A DNA stretch of 64,000 nucleotides from Eledone cirrhosa (GCA_964016885.1 OZ024740.1:110670001-110734000), one strand, 5' to 3'; counted from the first letter of the stretch, positions 1 through 13,150 are shown. Notes: generated from the letters alone by a model not told the origin. Made by a program: numbers and translations.

Positions 1-1143
1 TCTGTAATGGGATACTTAGAACAACAACTCTACCAAGAAATAGAGGAAAAATATAGTACTGACTTTAGAAAGTACATTGAAAAATCTTGGAAGAGATACC
101 TTGACGACTGTTTCATCATCTGGACAGAATCTCTAGATACTCTGGATGAGTTCAATATCCTCCTGAATAACCTACACCCATCTCTCCAATTCACAAAAGA
201 GATGAGTAGGACCAAATTACCATTCCTAGATATAATGATAATCAAAAACGACACCACCATTACCACGGATATATATTATAAACACACAGACACCCATCAA
301 TATCTGAATTTTAAGTCGTGCCATCCACCTCATACAAAACGCAACATCCCATACTGCCTAGCCAGAAGAATTTGTACCATTGTAGAAGATACGAATACCA
401 GGTACAAACGCCTAACAGAACTAAGAGAATTTTTGCTCAAACAAAAATACCCATCTCTACTTATAGAAAATGGCATACAGCGGGCTATAAAAATACCTAT
501 ACAACAACTTAGAACAACCCAAAGAAGAAGAAACCAAGAACTGGTCATACCATTTATAATGACACACAACCCATGTCACCAGAATATCTTCAACACTGCC
601 AAAGCAAACCTACCGATCATTGCTCAAAGTAATGAATTAAAAGGCTTAATCACAGATCGATCTTTGACTCTTAGTAAAAGACAGCCAAAAAATTTGAAGC
701 AATTGCTAACAAAAGCAAAGTTTGACCTTAACAACAAAGACCAATCATTCACTGTATCTAAATGCAATGATAATCGATGCGGCACATGTCAATCCATACA
801 CGCCGGTCAATATATGAAAACAAAAACTGGAAAAATATTCACAAATGCAAATATGAACTGCAAAAGCAGAAATCTAATTTACTGCATTAAATGCCCGAAT
901 TGTGAAGAACTATATGTCGGTCAAACTGGAAATGCACTATCGGAACGTGCACGGGTACACCGTCAACAAATCAGAGACCCAAATGTCCGTCAGATACCCC
1001 TAAGCGGCCACCTGGCAACATGTGGTCAGGGAATATTTATAATATTCCCATTCTACAAATTACACAGCCCAAGTGAAATCAAGAGAAAAATCAAAGAAAA
1101 GAATTTTATTGATAAATTCAAACCCAAGCTAAATGAACAATAA
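1..1143 (+). CDS. Penelope-like element (Neptune-like) RT plus GIY-YIG endonuclease ORF, 5'-partial
   Basis: Frame open from base 1. Motifs: YLDD, LPFLD, thumb YLNFKSCHP, Cys-rich linker CNDNRCGTC...C, GIY-YIG as LIYC...LYVGQTG...R...H, C-terminal KPKLN. No stops or frameshifts. Confidence 0.93.
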   Translation, partial: SVMGYLEQQLYQEIEEKYSTDFRKYIEKSWKRYLDDCFIIWTESLDTLDEFNILLNNLHPSLQFTKEMSRTKLPFLDIMIIKNDTTITTDIYYKHTDTHQYLNFKSCHPPHTKRNIPYCLARRICTIVEDTNTRYKRLTELREFLLKQKYPSLLIENGIQRAIKIPIQQLRTTQRRRNQELVIPFIMTHNPCHQNIFNTAKANLPIIAQSNELKGLITDRSLTLSKRQPKNLKQLLTKAKFDLNNKDQSFTVSKCNDNRCGTCQSIHAGQYMKTKTGKIFTNANMNCKSRNLIYCIKCPNCEELYVGQTGNALSERARVHRQQIRDPNVRQIPLSGHLATCGQGIFIIFPFYKLHSPSEIKRKIKEKNFIDKFKPKLNEQ

Positions 1144-1289
1144 TAACGCCTAGGGGTATTACTTCTACTACCACTATGACCACGACCACTAACAACAACA
1201 ACAACAACAATAATAATAATAATAAAAGTGATGTTGATGGTGATGATTAATAGAAAATGCTATTTTCATCATTTCAAAAAAGCAAAACA

Positions 1290-1620
1290 ATTGATACGTT
1301 GGATATGACTATTGGTCGTTAGCATGCTCAACCAGCCGTGACGCTTAAACCAATCAGCTGTAGTAATTCAGTGAAACTACACACTGATTGGTCGAAATAC
1401 AGTTTACAGGGCTTTGCATTCTGGAGCCACTTTTCTCTGTATAAAATGTATAAGAGGTAGGAAATTTACCCATCTCATTACAGTTGAAAATTGCAAACTC
1501 GACTGTCACCACATATCATGAACCTGAAGATTGCGAAAGCATGAAAGTACTTGTTCAATTAACACTTAGAATTTAATATTCTATCATACTATTTCATTAT
1601 AATACCATTATATATATTTT
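1290..1620 (+). promoter_or_regulatory. Probable 3' pseudo-LTR (pLTR) of the PLE with CCAAT and TATA-like motifs
   Basis: ATTGG/CCAAT at 1311, 1350 and 1387; TATAAAA at 1440; then an HHR at 1519. Lies directly downstream of the PLE ORF. Boundaries approximate. Confidence 0.6.
1519..1557 (+). ncRNA. Minimal type I hammerhead ribozyme
   Basis: tgaac CTGAAGA t-tgc-gaaa-gca-t GAAA gtac TT gttca: 5-bp stem I, GNRA-capped stem II, palindromic stem III (aagtactt). Confidence 0.88.
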
Positions 1621-1671
1621 AAAGGATTGTAAATAAAACGAGTAAATCAGACAAAGTTGGAATTCCTCTTA

Positions 1672-1731
<60 letters not shown>

Positions 1732-1784
1732 CATACATAAATACATACATACATGCATATATACATATTTACGTTGTTGATGCT

Positions 1785-3250
1785 GTCTCAATTCCAATTG
1801 AATCTAGAAAACGATACTCTCGTGAAATATAGAGATCAACGGCTTGAAATACAACCTCTACAGTCAGGTGACAACTACAGATATCTTGGACAGGATGAGA
1901 ATGTCAGATATGATGGACCCATAAATAAGGAGAGAACCAGGACTGAATACCTCGGGAGAGTAAAGAAAATATGGTCATCAGAACTCTCAGCATAAAACAA
2001 GTACATTACCCATAATACTTTTGCTGTGACAATTCTAACAACATATGGTCTGCTGAACTGGTCATTGCAAGAACTAAGTGAGATTGTAGTAAGAACTCGC
2101 AAGCTGCTCAGTGTTACTGGAAAATTTAACATCAATGGTGATGTGAATAGGCTATACCTCTCACACAAGGAAGGTGGCTGGGGTCGATAATCAATATCAT
2201 ACGAGACCCGGATAGTAACACTGAAGTAACATCTTCACCAGAAGAAAAAGGTCAGCAACCATCTTGCCCAGGATTATGAGCATGAAGGAAATAATATCAT
2301 TAGTATAGCCACTGATCTGCAGGAGAGATATGGAATACGGTCTGATATAAAATCTCTCCCCCAGGAACATTGAAAGATCCTATTTAATGCTCGAACAAGA
2401 TAAAATAAATGGACTAATTCACAGAGAACGTTGTGCATGGTTACCAGAGACGAAAACTACAGACCATAGAGGTGATGAATCATTCAAAAAACTTGGCACG
2501 GAGTTCCGACAAAGTGATAACATCCCATATTGAAGGATATATCTATGCAATTCAGGAACAAGAAATCTCTACCAAATATATACTTCACAAAAGAGGAGGG
2601 CCATCAGTTGACAATAAATATAGACTATGTAAAACAAAGATCGAAGATGTTGGTGACATTATTGCCAACTGCAAAAGAATGTCGTCTCGTTACTACTTCC
2701 CTATGAGACACGATGTGATAGCTAGAAACATCTGGAACGCACTAGGGAAAACAAAATTAAAAACAAAATTAAAAACAAATGAGATAGATGGCACCGGTGG
2801 AACCTGAAAATAAAAGCTGCCACCAAATTAAAGCACGGTCTGCAATTGTTGTTTGGTACCACACATTGAAAATGTGCTTTGTTGTAGAGATCTTCTGCCC
2901 ACTTAATGTCAACGTTGTAAGAAAAATACAGGTGAAGGAGGAAATCTATGGACCATTGATGTGGAGTTTGCAGATCCAGTATCCAATATACACCTTCAGC
3001 TTCATACCCATTATTATTGGAGCTGCAGGTTTACACGAACCCGCTTGGACCAAAGTATGACTGAACTTGGATTTGTGGACAAAGATTTCAGCTCCCTAAT
3101 TCATAGACTACAAATGGCCGCGATTGCTGGCACCTTCAAAATTTGCAAAACATTCTTGCGGTTCAAGGGATGTCAATTTCCTTTCTTTTACAACCTTGCC
3201 TCCAGGAAGGTGGCCGGTCAAAAATATACTCGAAATTAAGAGAAAGAAAA
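1785..3250 (+). mobile_element. R4/Dong-clade non-LTR retrotransposon (restriction-like endonuclease type), 5'-truncated and decayed
   Basis: YRYLG, RLYL..KEGG.G, AIQEQEI.TK, decayed CCHC knuckle (YRLC...ANC), RHD, VVEI.CP, IPIIIGAAG. Several stops and frameshifts. Flanked by (TACA)n-like repeats. Confidence 0.85.
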
Positions 3251-3265
3251 ACATACATAGATACA

Positions 3266-3425
3266 TGGTGGTGGCTGCCAACTCGTTTTCGTGTAGTACG
3301 GCCACTACTTTATATCCATGTAGGAGAACCCCTACCGATGCGCTAAACAAGTGTGACTTTTTAGTCCAGCCAGCGACTTGAAAACTCTGGTACAAACACT
3401 ACACCTGTGACAATTATTGACACAT
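3266..3425 (-). mobile_element. Short 3' fragment of an RTE-UTR-like non-autonomous retroposon
   Basis: Near-identical to 18705-18858 and 59120-59272; shares the terminus GAGTTGGCAGCCAC. Confidence 0.75.
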
Positions 3426-3546
3426 AGATACATAGATACATACATACACACAGACATACGTAGACGCAAACATACATACATACACACTCATACATACATG
3501 CATACACACATATATATATGCATACATACACAAACACAATGCCATG

Positions 3547-3850
3547 AGGCTGAGTGGTTAGATTGTTCATTTCCTGATTGTAAGGTCGTGAATTACATTT
3601 TTGGTCGTGCTTTATGTCCTTAAGCAAGACATTTTATTTGCCGTTGCTCCTGTCCACTCGGCTGCAACAAGTGAGCCGTACTTGTAATTCAAAGTGTCAG
3701 CGTTGTCACGCACGCATGTGCCACACTGAATCACCTAGAGACTAGGGGTGTACATTTCTGTGGAATGTTCAGACACTTGCTCACCACTTTCACGAGTAGG
3801 CTGTTTCATTTTTCGAACAGTTGGAACACTCGTCGTCAAAACCAACGGAG
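3547..3850 (+). mobile_element. tRNA-derived SINE (family A), diverged
   Basis: A-box-like ggctgagtggtta and central tgtccttaagcaagacattttattt; similar to the 11838 and 14246 copies. Confidence 0.65.
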
Positions 3851-4316
3851 TTTCAACAACACCTGTATATGCATGTTTACACACACATATGCACATACGT
3901 GTGTTGTGTGCGTATAATGTACATCGTATATTTAAAGATTGATGGCAAATGTAATGTAGATCTAACAAAAATGTTTTTAGTTACAAACTTTCGTAGTTAA
4001 AAGAATGAACACTTTCCAAGAAATAAGACATTGTGCATTTCGGACATTTTTATAGCCTCGTCTCACTATATAGAACCTTATGATTTTGTATAAAGAGAAA
4101 CATTGCAATAGCGATACTAGATATGAAAAACAGTGTGTAGAATATAGTTGAAATAGTCAGTCTAATTTGCATGACTGGCATATTTTTTGCAATCTAATTA
4201 ATGAAATAATTGATATTCATGCTACAACACAGCATGTATTAAAAGATTCAATGTTAAGTGTTTAAATTGGAAGCCTCGCTGAGAAAAGACACACACACAC
4301 ATACACGCGCGCGCGC

Positions 4317-4363
<47 letters not shown>

Positions 4364-4455
4364 ATGATTAAGTATCGAGAGAGAGAAAAAAGGAAAGATA
4401 GGAGATACATATATTTAGTGGGCGAGAAAAAATACAAGGAGTTTAAAACCGTTAG

Positions 4456-4553
<98 letters not shown>

Positions 4554-4554
<1 letters not shown>

Positions 4555-6230
4555 TGAAGTCAAAATTGAGCTTATGGAAGGACACTAATGAAGTAATTGA
4601 CTGGTTTAAAAATATAGAAAATAAGAAAAATCACAAATTCATTCAAATGGACATAGCAAGTTATTCTTCTTCTATTACACCAAACCTATTAAATAAGGCT
4701 TTGTCTTATGCTTACAAACATACAGATCTAACTGCAGATGAAATCAATATCATATTAACTGCTAGAAGAACTCTAATTAATGTTTACAATGAGTATTGGA
4801 CCCGTTCAGATAGGAATAGAAACTTTGACATTACCATGGGATCATCGGACTCTGTGCAGGTTACCGATTTTCTGGGTATTTTTATCCTAAATATGGTAAA
4901 TAGAAAACTGCCGGAGATTACCGGTGGTTTATATAGGGACGATATTTTATTTACGGTTGTCAAGCATAGCAATACAGAACTAAATAGGGTTAAGAAAACT
5001 ATAATTGAATTCTTTAAAAATTACGACCTTAAATTAGAAGTTGAAAGTAGTACCAAAATAGTTAATTTCCTTGACGTCACCCTTAACTTAAACTCAGGAT
5101 TTTATTACCCTTTCCATAAGCCCAATGTAAACTTAAATTACGTTGGCTATTACTCTAATCACCCTAAATCCGTGAAAAATGCAATAGTCAATAGTGTACA
5201 GAAACGCATAACTAGAATATCCGCTAATAAATCCATATTTGATGAAAAAGCAGGATACTATAATGACGCGCTACGTAAGGCAGGTTATAAAAATAATATT
5301 GAATATATAGATAATACTAATTTGGATTATAATCCAGTTAAAAATAAGACTAACATAAATAAACTAGATTCTAAAAATTATTTAAATAATACAAACACCA
5401 ATACCGTGAATAAACCGGGGGAAAAATCAGAACTAAATCAATTATATGGTTTGCTCCTCCCGCATCCGTAGCAATCAAAACACCACTGGCAAATCTATTC
5501 TTTAAAGCTTTAGATAAATGTTTTCCCATAAAACATAAATACCGTTCCATATTTAACAGACACACAATTAAGCTTTCTTTTTCTACAACTATGAATATGG
5601 CCCAGAACATTGCAAAAATAAATAGTAGAATTCTAAATCATAACCAACAAACAATTAGGGATAATGAATATATTAACACTAGCAATATTAATACTGGGAA
5701 TAACAATAACATTAATTTAAGCACTACCAATAGAACACTTCCAAGTACTGGCAATGTTAATGTCAATTGTCCAATTTATAGTAATAACAATAAATCGAAA
5801 TGTAATTGTAGAAATAGATCAAATTGCCCTCTACAAAATAATTGTCTGGATAGCAATCTGGTCTATAAATGCACCGTAAAAGCAAATAACATCACATACA
5901 ACTTCATCGACATTTAAATTAAGATTTTCGAATCACAAATATTCTTTCTCGAATCCTAATAGGAAACTTTCGACCTCTTTATCACAACTTATATGGTCAT
6001 TAAAAGACAAATATTTAAAATACTCGATTTCTTGGTCCAAGCTATGTAATGGTCAAATCTACTTGAATTCTTCAATATCACCTAACTGCAATCTTTGTAC
6101 TGTGGAGACCCTATTAATAATTACTAATTATGATAATTTAATTAACAAAAAAAGTGAATTATTCTCAAATTGCTTACATAAAGCTTCTTCTACATTCCAA
6201 GCATCACAAAAAGTCAGGAAAAAACATTGA
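4554..6230 (+). pseudogene. Naiad-like PLE RT plus GIY-YIG ORF, 5'-truncated and frameshifted
   Basis: WKDTNEVIDWF, FIQMDI, FDITMGS, GLYRDD, NFLDV, SNHP, IIWFAPP, FNRHTIKLSFS, CNCR..CPL..CL..LVY, CNLC..E, KSELFSNCLH; stop at 6228-6230. Frameshifts near 5420-5465 and 5910. Confidence 0.88.
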
Positions 6231-6451
6231 AAAAAACATTAAATAAATAAGTTTTGATTTTGACGTTTATTATCAACTGAGTGCGTAAAACGATATTATA
6301 ATAAATTATAAAACCTTCTAATAATTATTATTTATTTACGATATGATTAATGTTGGAATAAGGGTTCTACATATAGACTGTTAACATGATCTTTTGATGA
6401 GTATGCATATCATTTGATTGTTTAAATACGTTTAATTTTTTCGGGGTTTAT

Positions 6452-7530
6452 TGTATTTTTAAATTATATAGCTTATATGTTTGACAATTATATGGAATCG
6501 TAAACCATTGATTTATTTATTTTGAATATGTTGTTTTAAGATTCAAGAAGTTTGATTTATATATTTATGGTATATGTGTCGTACACGATCCTAGTCGACT
6601 AACCTTTTCCACTTAACTTGATGTAAAACATTATTTATAACACTATTAACAGTAATTGTATTTATTATAAGTATATAATTGACTAATATCGTCTTAAATT
6701 TTAAACAGTATGCTCTGTATGTATTTAGACAAATGTGTATATCTAGTTTAATAATATCCTTTATCTAGTTTTATAATTGTTAATTATTTTCTAAATTATA
6801 TAATGTTTATTTTTTAATATAATTTTTTAATATAATTAAATTTGGATTATCTTCGGGTTGATGAAAATCTTAAGTTTTTTCTTCCTCCTGTTTGCAAACA
6901 CTTTAAATATGATACACTATAATATAAACCCTTAAAAATTTTCTTGTATTTTTTAAAATTATATAGCTTATATATCTGACACTTATAGGATTGCAAACCA
7001 TTCATTTATATATTTTGAATCTGTGTTTTATGATTCATGAAGTTTGATTTGTATATTTATGTATTACACGATCCTAGTTGAATAATTTTTTTTTTATATA
7101 ATACTTGACGTAAAACTTTATTTTTAACAGTAATTATATTTATTATATTATATATAACTGACTAATATCGTCTTAAACTTTAAACAATGTACTCTTTGTG
7201 TAAACTTAGACAAATGCGTATATCTAGTTTAATAATATCCTTTTTAAGTACACTTATATGGCCTGTGGATACTTAAGGGCATTCTAATTTAAAATTTTAA
7301 ATTTATAATTGTAATCATTTTCTAAATTATATAATGATTATTTTTTAATATAAAATTTCTTTAATATAAAAAACAATTTTTTTTTTTTTATATAATTTTA
7401 TTTTTTTATTTTTTTTATATAATTTAATTTGGATTACCTTCGGGATGAAGAAAATCTTAAGCCTTTTCTTTCTCATGTTTGCAAATACTTTAAATATGAT
7501 ATTATACTATAATATAAATACTTATAAATT
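6452..7530. repeat. Imperfect tandem duplication (about 490 and 580 bp) in the AT-rich PLE 3' region
   Basis: 6452-6944 aligns with 6945-7530 (shared aaattatatagcttatat, cacgatcctagt, gactaatatcgtcttaaa, tttggatta.cttcggg). Confidence 0.85.
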
Positions 7531-8238
7531 TTATAGTCAGAAATCTTATGCCATTAGATTAATTCACTATTTCTAACTAACATAAACATTCGAAATTTAA
7601 CGGTCATCCGAATGCGCTGGGATATATATAATTGATTAATTGACTATTTCTTATTAACTTAAGGATTCGAAAATAAACCGTCATATAACTACACCCAGAT
7701 ATATATTTGATATTTTGATTGATTGATTATTTCTAGATAATTTAACGATTCGAAATTATTCATTCACAAAGCTATGCTCAAATATATATTTATATATATA
7801 TTTTTACATCATCTAATTATACGCTATTTATCCACGACAATACAAATCTCTCTCCCTATGTGTTATACTATAAAAATGTATTTTCTCCTCCTTTCTCTAT
7901 CCTTAATCAATTTTCTTTTGCTTTCGTGCATAAGATATTTCTATATTTCTAGTCATTCTCTTTTTTCCTCTTCTGTTTCTCTCTCTGTCTTTCACTTCTT
8001 CTTTCTTCAATAATTTAAATTATTTAAATTTTTAACAGTTATGAAGGTTTATATTATATTAGTAGGTGTTTATTATTATGTATCTTTATAAGCTTTCTCA
8101 CATGCACCCTCTGTATTATATGTAATTTTTTCATGTCTCAATCTTAAGGTATATAAATATTGAGTTTTGTCCTATCTTATTCACTACCATGACTGAATTT
8201 TAACCATCCACTTAGTCAAGGTATGTCATGCATCATCT

Positions 8239-8305
8239 TATTTTATCTGATGAGGAAGTACTGTTGAAGATAGCTCAGTACCTCTGAAATATGTATAATA
8301 AAATA
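8239..8305 (+). ncRNA. Type I hammerhead ribozyme at the 3' end of the Naiad-like element
   Basis: tattttat CTGATGA ggaagtactg..cagtacctct GAAA tatgta TA ataaaata: perfect 8-bp stem I and about 10-bp stem II. Confidence 0.9.
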
Positions 8306-8357
8306 TACTTGACCACACGAATGTCTATTTTTATTAATATTTTGAATTAATATATAT

Positions 8358-9070
8358 ATATAAACGGAAAAAATGAAACGAAATTTCATTTCTCACTCTT
8401 AGTAAGGCTGTTACTTAAATATAAGTATGTATATGTACATACATATATGTATACAGACGTACAGTAGAATGTATAATATATACATACATGCACACATATA
8501 TATATATATATGTACGTATGGATTTACCGAACATTTATTATAATGCTCGGTGTGTTTGTAAACAAACATCCCGAATTAAGCCGTACAGTGTTTAGCAACC
8601 ATCGTTGCCCTTTCGTTCAACACTGACAAAGGAAAGATGTACTAGTTTCAAGCGTATTAGCTATCGTCAGCACTGTATACCTTCCTGCCAGATGATTGAA
8701 CGTCTGAAAGTATATACTTTCCTTATGCATATTAACGGCTCAGCAGCCTAATTTGCATATCGACTGAGTTAATCGGCCGGGCGCACCGAAAACGATAAAC
8801 GGAAAAAATGAAACGAAATTTGATTTCTCATTCTTAGTACGGCTTTTACTTAAATATAAAAATCCATACGTACATATATATGTGTGCATGTATGTATATA
8901 TATATACATACTACTGTACGTCTGTATACATATATGTATGTACGTGTACATACTTATATTTAAGTAACAGCCGTACTAAGAGTGAGAAATGAAATTTCGT
9001 TTCATTTTTTCCGTTTATCGTTTTCGGTGCGCCCGTCCGATTAACTCACTCGATATTCAAATTAGGCTGT
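8358..9070 (-). mobile_element. Non-coding HHR-bearing retrozyme-like element, copy 1 (about 1.2 tandem units plus an inverted segment)
   Basis: taaacggaaaaaatgaaacg at 8361 and 8796 gives a 435-bp period; 8905-9070 is an inverted copy; one HHR per unit; no ORF. Confidence 0.75.
8631..8686 (-). ncRNA. Type I hammerhead ribozyme
   Basis: Minus strand: ggaaggtatacagtg CTGACGA t-agc-taatac-gct-t GAAA ctag TA catctttcc; palindromic stem III. Confidence 0.85.
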
Positions 9071-9612
9071 ATACATATATTTTCATGCACTAACTGACTA
9101 TATTACATAATACACTGTCGACTGTATCCAATATATACTTGTTATCAATCCGGCTTCTGTAGATACTTAATAATGTCACTAACAACACTATGCATACATG
9201 CAAAACACACACACACACACGCGCGCGCGCACACACACACACACATATGCGTATATGTGAATATGTATATATATATATATGTACGCGCGTGTGTGTGTAT
9301 GTATATATGTATAACAGACAGTTTCTTTGCTTAAACTTATCTCAGTTATACCTAAATATATAAGGGGTGTGTTGTCTGTGTGTCTATTTTATTTTGCATG
9401 TGTTTATTTCGCTTCTTTAGATGAAAAAAACTTTGATAACGTCTAAATGTAATTAATACCAATTATACCAAAGCATAGTAACATAGACATATAACAGCTT
9501 TACACGGTGAGTTATGAAGATTGTTGTCTAATCTTTTAATCTTATATTACGTATTTGTCTGAGACATGGTTTATATCTGCTAAAGAAAATGTACTTATTT
9601 TTGTTTGATCTG

Positions 9613-10330
9613 GTAAATCTGTTATCAACGGTGTATTTTCTAGTTGTTTAACCCTATCTCAGCCTTGACCAAGTAAATCTGTTATCAGCGGTAAATTTTC
9701 TAGTTGTTTAACCCTAGCTCAGCCTTGACCAAGTAAATCTGTTATCAACGGTGTATTTTCTAGTTGTTTAACCCTAGCTCAGCCTTGACCAAGTAAATCT
9801 GTTATCAAAGGTCTATTTTCTAGTTGTTTAACACAGGTCAGCCTTGACCAAGTAAATCTGTTATGAATTGTGTATTTTCTAGTTGTTTAACACAAGATCA
9901 GCCTTGACCAAGTAAATCTACTATCAACGGTGTATTTTCTAGTTGTTTAACACCAGGTCAGCCTTGACCAAGTAAATCTGTTATCAAAGGTCTATTTTCT
10001 TGTTGTTTAACACCAAGTCAGACATGACCAAGTAAATCAACGGTGTATTTTTCAGTTGTTTAACACCAGGTTAGCCATGACCAAATAAATCTGTTAACAA
10101 AGGTCTATTTTCTTCTTGTTTAACGGCAGGTCAGCCTTCAGCAAGTAAATCTGTTATCAAAGATCTATTTTCTTGTTGTTTAACACCTGGTCAGACTTGA
10201 CCAAGTACATCTGTTATCAAAAGTATATTTTCTAGTTGTTTAAACCCAGCTCTGCCTTGACCAAGTAAATCTATTATAAAAGGTTTATTTGTAGTTATTT
10301 AATTGCAGTTCAGTGTTGACCGAATAAGCC
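9613..10330. repeat. Minisatellite, about 60-bp unit, about 12 copies
   Basis: gtaaatctgttatcaacggtgtattttctagttgtttaaccctagctcagccttgaccaa at 9613, 9673, 9733, 9793 and onward; degenerate copies continue to about 10850. Confidence 0.93.
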
Positions 10331-11837
10331 TGTTATCGAAACTGCTGTTGTTTATCCCCGAGTTAGTTGTGATCAAGTAAACCTATAATTAGAGATGTAA
10401 CTGTTGTTGTTAAGGCACAGGTTATAGATGCAAAATGTCCGAATGGTTAAAAATTTCATTTCACAATCATAAAGTTCCGGGTTTGATACCACTGTCATTT
10501 TCCATAGCCTTAGAAGCCTATTCGATGGAGTGTACTTCTAATTTAAAGGGCCGCACTGCATCATGCTATGACGAATCGTGTTGTTTATTTGTTGTAAACT
10601 TCAGCACAGCTCTGAATGAGTAAATCTGTGACCAGGGGAGTTAAACGGGGTGTTGGTGTTGTTAAGCTCCTTGTTAGCTTTGATCAAGTAAAATTATTAT
10701 CAAATATGTACTTTTTTGTTAAGCTTCAGGATAGACATGACTAAGTAGACATGTGATAAAACATGCTGTTGCTGTTATTGTTTAATCCCAGGTCAGCCTT
10801 GATCGGGTAAAACTACGATTACAGGTGTTATGGCTGTGAAAATGAAGTCTTCCATTTCTTTTAAAGCGAGGAACTAGGTTATCTTATATGAGTGAAGTGA
10901 AAGTTGTAGAACATTTGGTTGCTATTTCTAGCATTATCACTTGCTTATTGAGCATTCTGTTGTATGTAGGTTAGTGAGATAGAGAAAGCAGGATTAAATA
11001 TGAATGCTTATAATCCAAAAGATTTTCTATAATTTGCTTTAAATATAGATTCCCAAATATGTGGTATGTCACTGACAAAAAATCTGCAATATGTAGTTAT
11101 GTTTGTTAAAATGTGTTTGACAAGCAATTTGTTTTTTCGGAGGAAAGCCTAAGGCATGAACAGAATCGCAACCATCACCACCACCAACCCCATTATTGCC
11201 CTCCCCTTAAAACGTGAACAACACAAAACTAGAACTTACACTACGCTACAAATGCTAGATATAACCGAAGAACTTTCCTAGTGATTACACAACCGCAGTA
11301 TAGTAAAAACAAAAAAACAAAAGAAGCCGATCGACAATTTGGACCAAAAAGAAAACAGTCAAAAGTGCAATGTTATGAGACTTTTCATAGTTCATACAAT
11401 CTGACAGTGGTAACTTCTTGTAGAAGGAGAAATAATTGAACTCAGACTGTATAGAGTTGGATCACATACCACAAACCATACCATCCTGCTCTTTAACAAT
11501 TCCTCCAGTCCATTAACATTGACAGGCACTTTATTTATCGACCCCGAAATTATGAGAGGCAGATTTGGCCTCGGCGAAATTTGAACTCTAGGTGGAGAGA
11601 GACGAGTAAAAATCACAAATAATTCTATCCAATGCACTAATGACTGCCAATTCGCTGCCTGTCAAAAGGAACGTTAGCAGCGTCAGTTTCGTTCGTCCCA
11701 GAGGACTTGCAAAGGGTATGGGCTCAGGCTCTTCTTCGAAACCAAATCAACTATATATATATATATACACATAATTGGCGGGAGTACAATATACACCCCT
11801 TCTCCCTTCTCTCTCTCTCTATATATATTTTAAGTGA

Positions 11838-12040
11838 GAGCGTGTGGCTGAGTGGTTAGAGAATTGGCTTCGCAGTCGTAAGGTTGTGAGTTCCATTTCC
11901 TGACCGCCCGATGCGTTATGTCCTTGAGCAAGGCACTTTATTTCAAGTTATTCCTTCTACCTGGAGTTGCGACCGATAGATAGTATTAGCAATTGGAAAG
12001 ACCAATGGAAACATTATTTCCTCTGTCCAATTTGACGAAA
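11838..12040 (+). mobile_element. tRNA-derived SINE (family A)
   Basis: gtggctgagtggttagag A box, gagttcc B-box-like motif, tgtccttgagcaaggcacttt domain; close to 14246-14440. Confidence 0.8.
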
Positions 12041-12114
12041 ATATATATATTTGAAAAAAAGGAAAATAATGACTTCACTTGTAGTTCTAAACAAATTGAT
12101 TTGATTTTATAATA

Positions 12115-12300
12115 TAATTGTTTCTACTTTAGGCACAAGGCCAGCAATTATCCAGTGCATTACTGGTACTTTATTTTATCGACCCCGTAAGGATGAAAGG
12201 CAAAGTCAACCTCGGCGGGATTTGAACTCAGATCGTAAAGGGACGTAACTATGCTGGAAAGCATGGCGTCCGACCCTCTACCGATACTGCCAATCCACCA
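12115..12300 (-). mobile_element. tRNA-derived SINE (family B)
   Basis: Minus strand: tggcagtatcggtagag...gagttcaaatcc...tttcatccttacggggtcgataaaataaagtaccag...ggccttgtgcc; many copies in the window. Confidence 0.85.
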
Positions 12301-12622
12301 TGAGTTGGTAGATTTAGTAAGTTCTTTGTTAACTTCGGTGGGAAGATTTTTAAAGATTCCTGGTTAACTTCCCTGGAGAACTTTCTAGCATTCGTCGGTG
12401 GCGATTATCAAACTGAGATCAGTTTGTGTTGTGATGTGTAACTCTATATATAAAAGAGATTTGGATGTGTCTGGGGTGGGGTGCGGTGTTAATGAGTGTG
12501 GGAGTCAAGGAGTGTTGAAAAGATTTAAAGGCATTAAAGTATACACACACACATACACACACGTACACACACATATGCATATAGACACAGAAAATGGTGA
12601 ATGTACATATATACACAGCAAG

Positions 12623-12691
<69 letters not shown>

Positions 12692-13095
12692 TATATGAAA
12701 AATATGAAAACATGGCGTGCTGCGTGGTTGCATATGGGTTACATATGAATAAATGTAGTCCTTCATCAGTGATTTTCCAACCTTCATTGGTATTTCATCG
12801 CTTTAAAGACCATATACCTCTGGTTGGTGCGAGCAACGGCTAAAGAAAATCGTTGGGTCACGTAAATAAGGGGAACGTCCGAGACAGTAAACAAAAAAAA
12901 AATGGTAATGCAACGAAAAGTGAGGAAGAAGGAGCCAAGTCCCTGAAATCGATGAACATAAATTCTGTGAAATCGTGGACGAGAGAGAATAAAGACCATC
13001 CAACCAGGTCGAAATGTGAGTAAGGAAAGAATTTCGCCCAGGTCAAACGGGAAGAAGAATGTATGTATGTATATATATATATATACATATATATA

Positions 13096-13150
13096 TAAGT
13101 ATGTATGTATACGTACATACATATATGTACGTCTGTACAGTAGCATGCAC

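Noticed and set aside
5780-6230. Selenocysteine recoding, as reported for some Naiad elements
   Set aside because: The conserved Cys positions I could read use TGT/TGC; I saw no in-frame TGA at those sites and no convincing SECIS.
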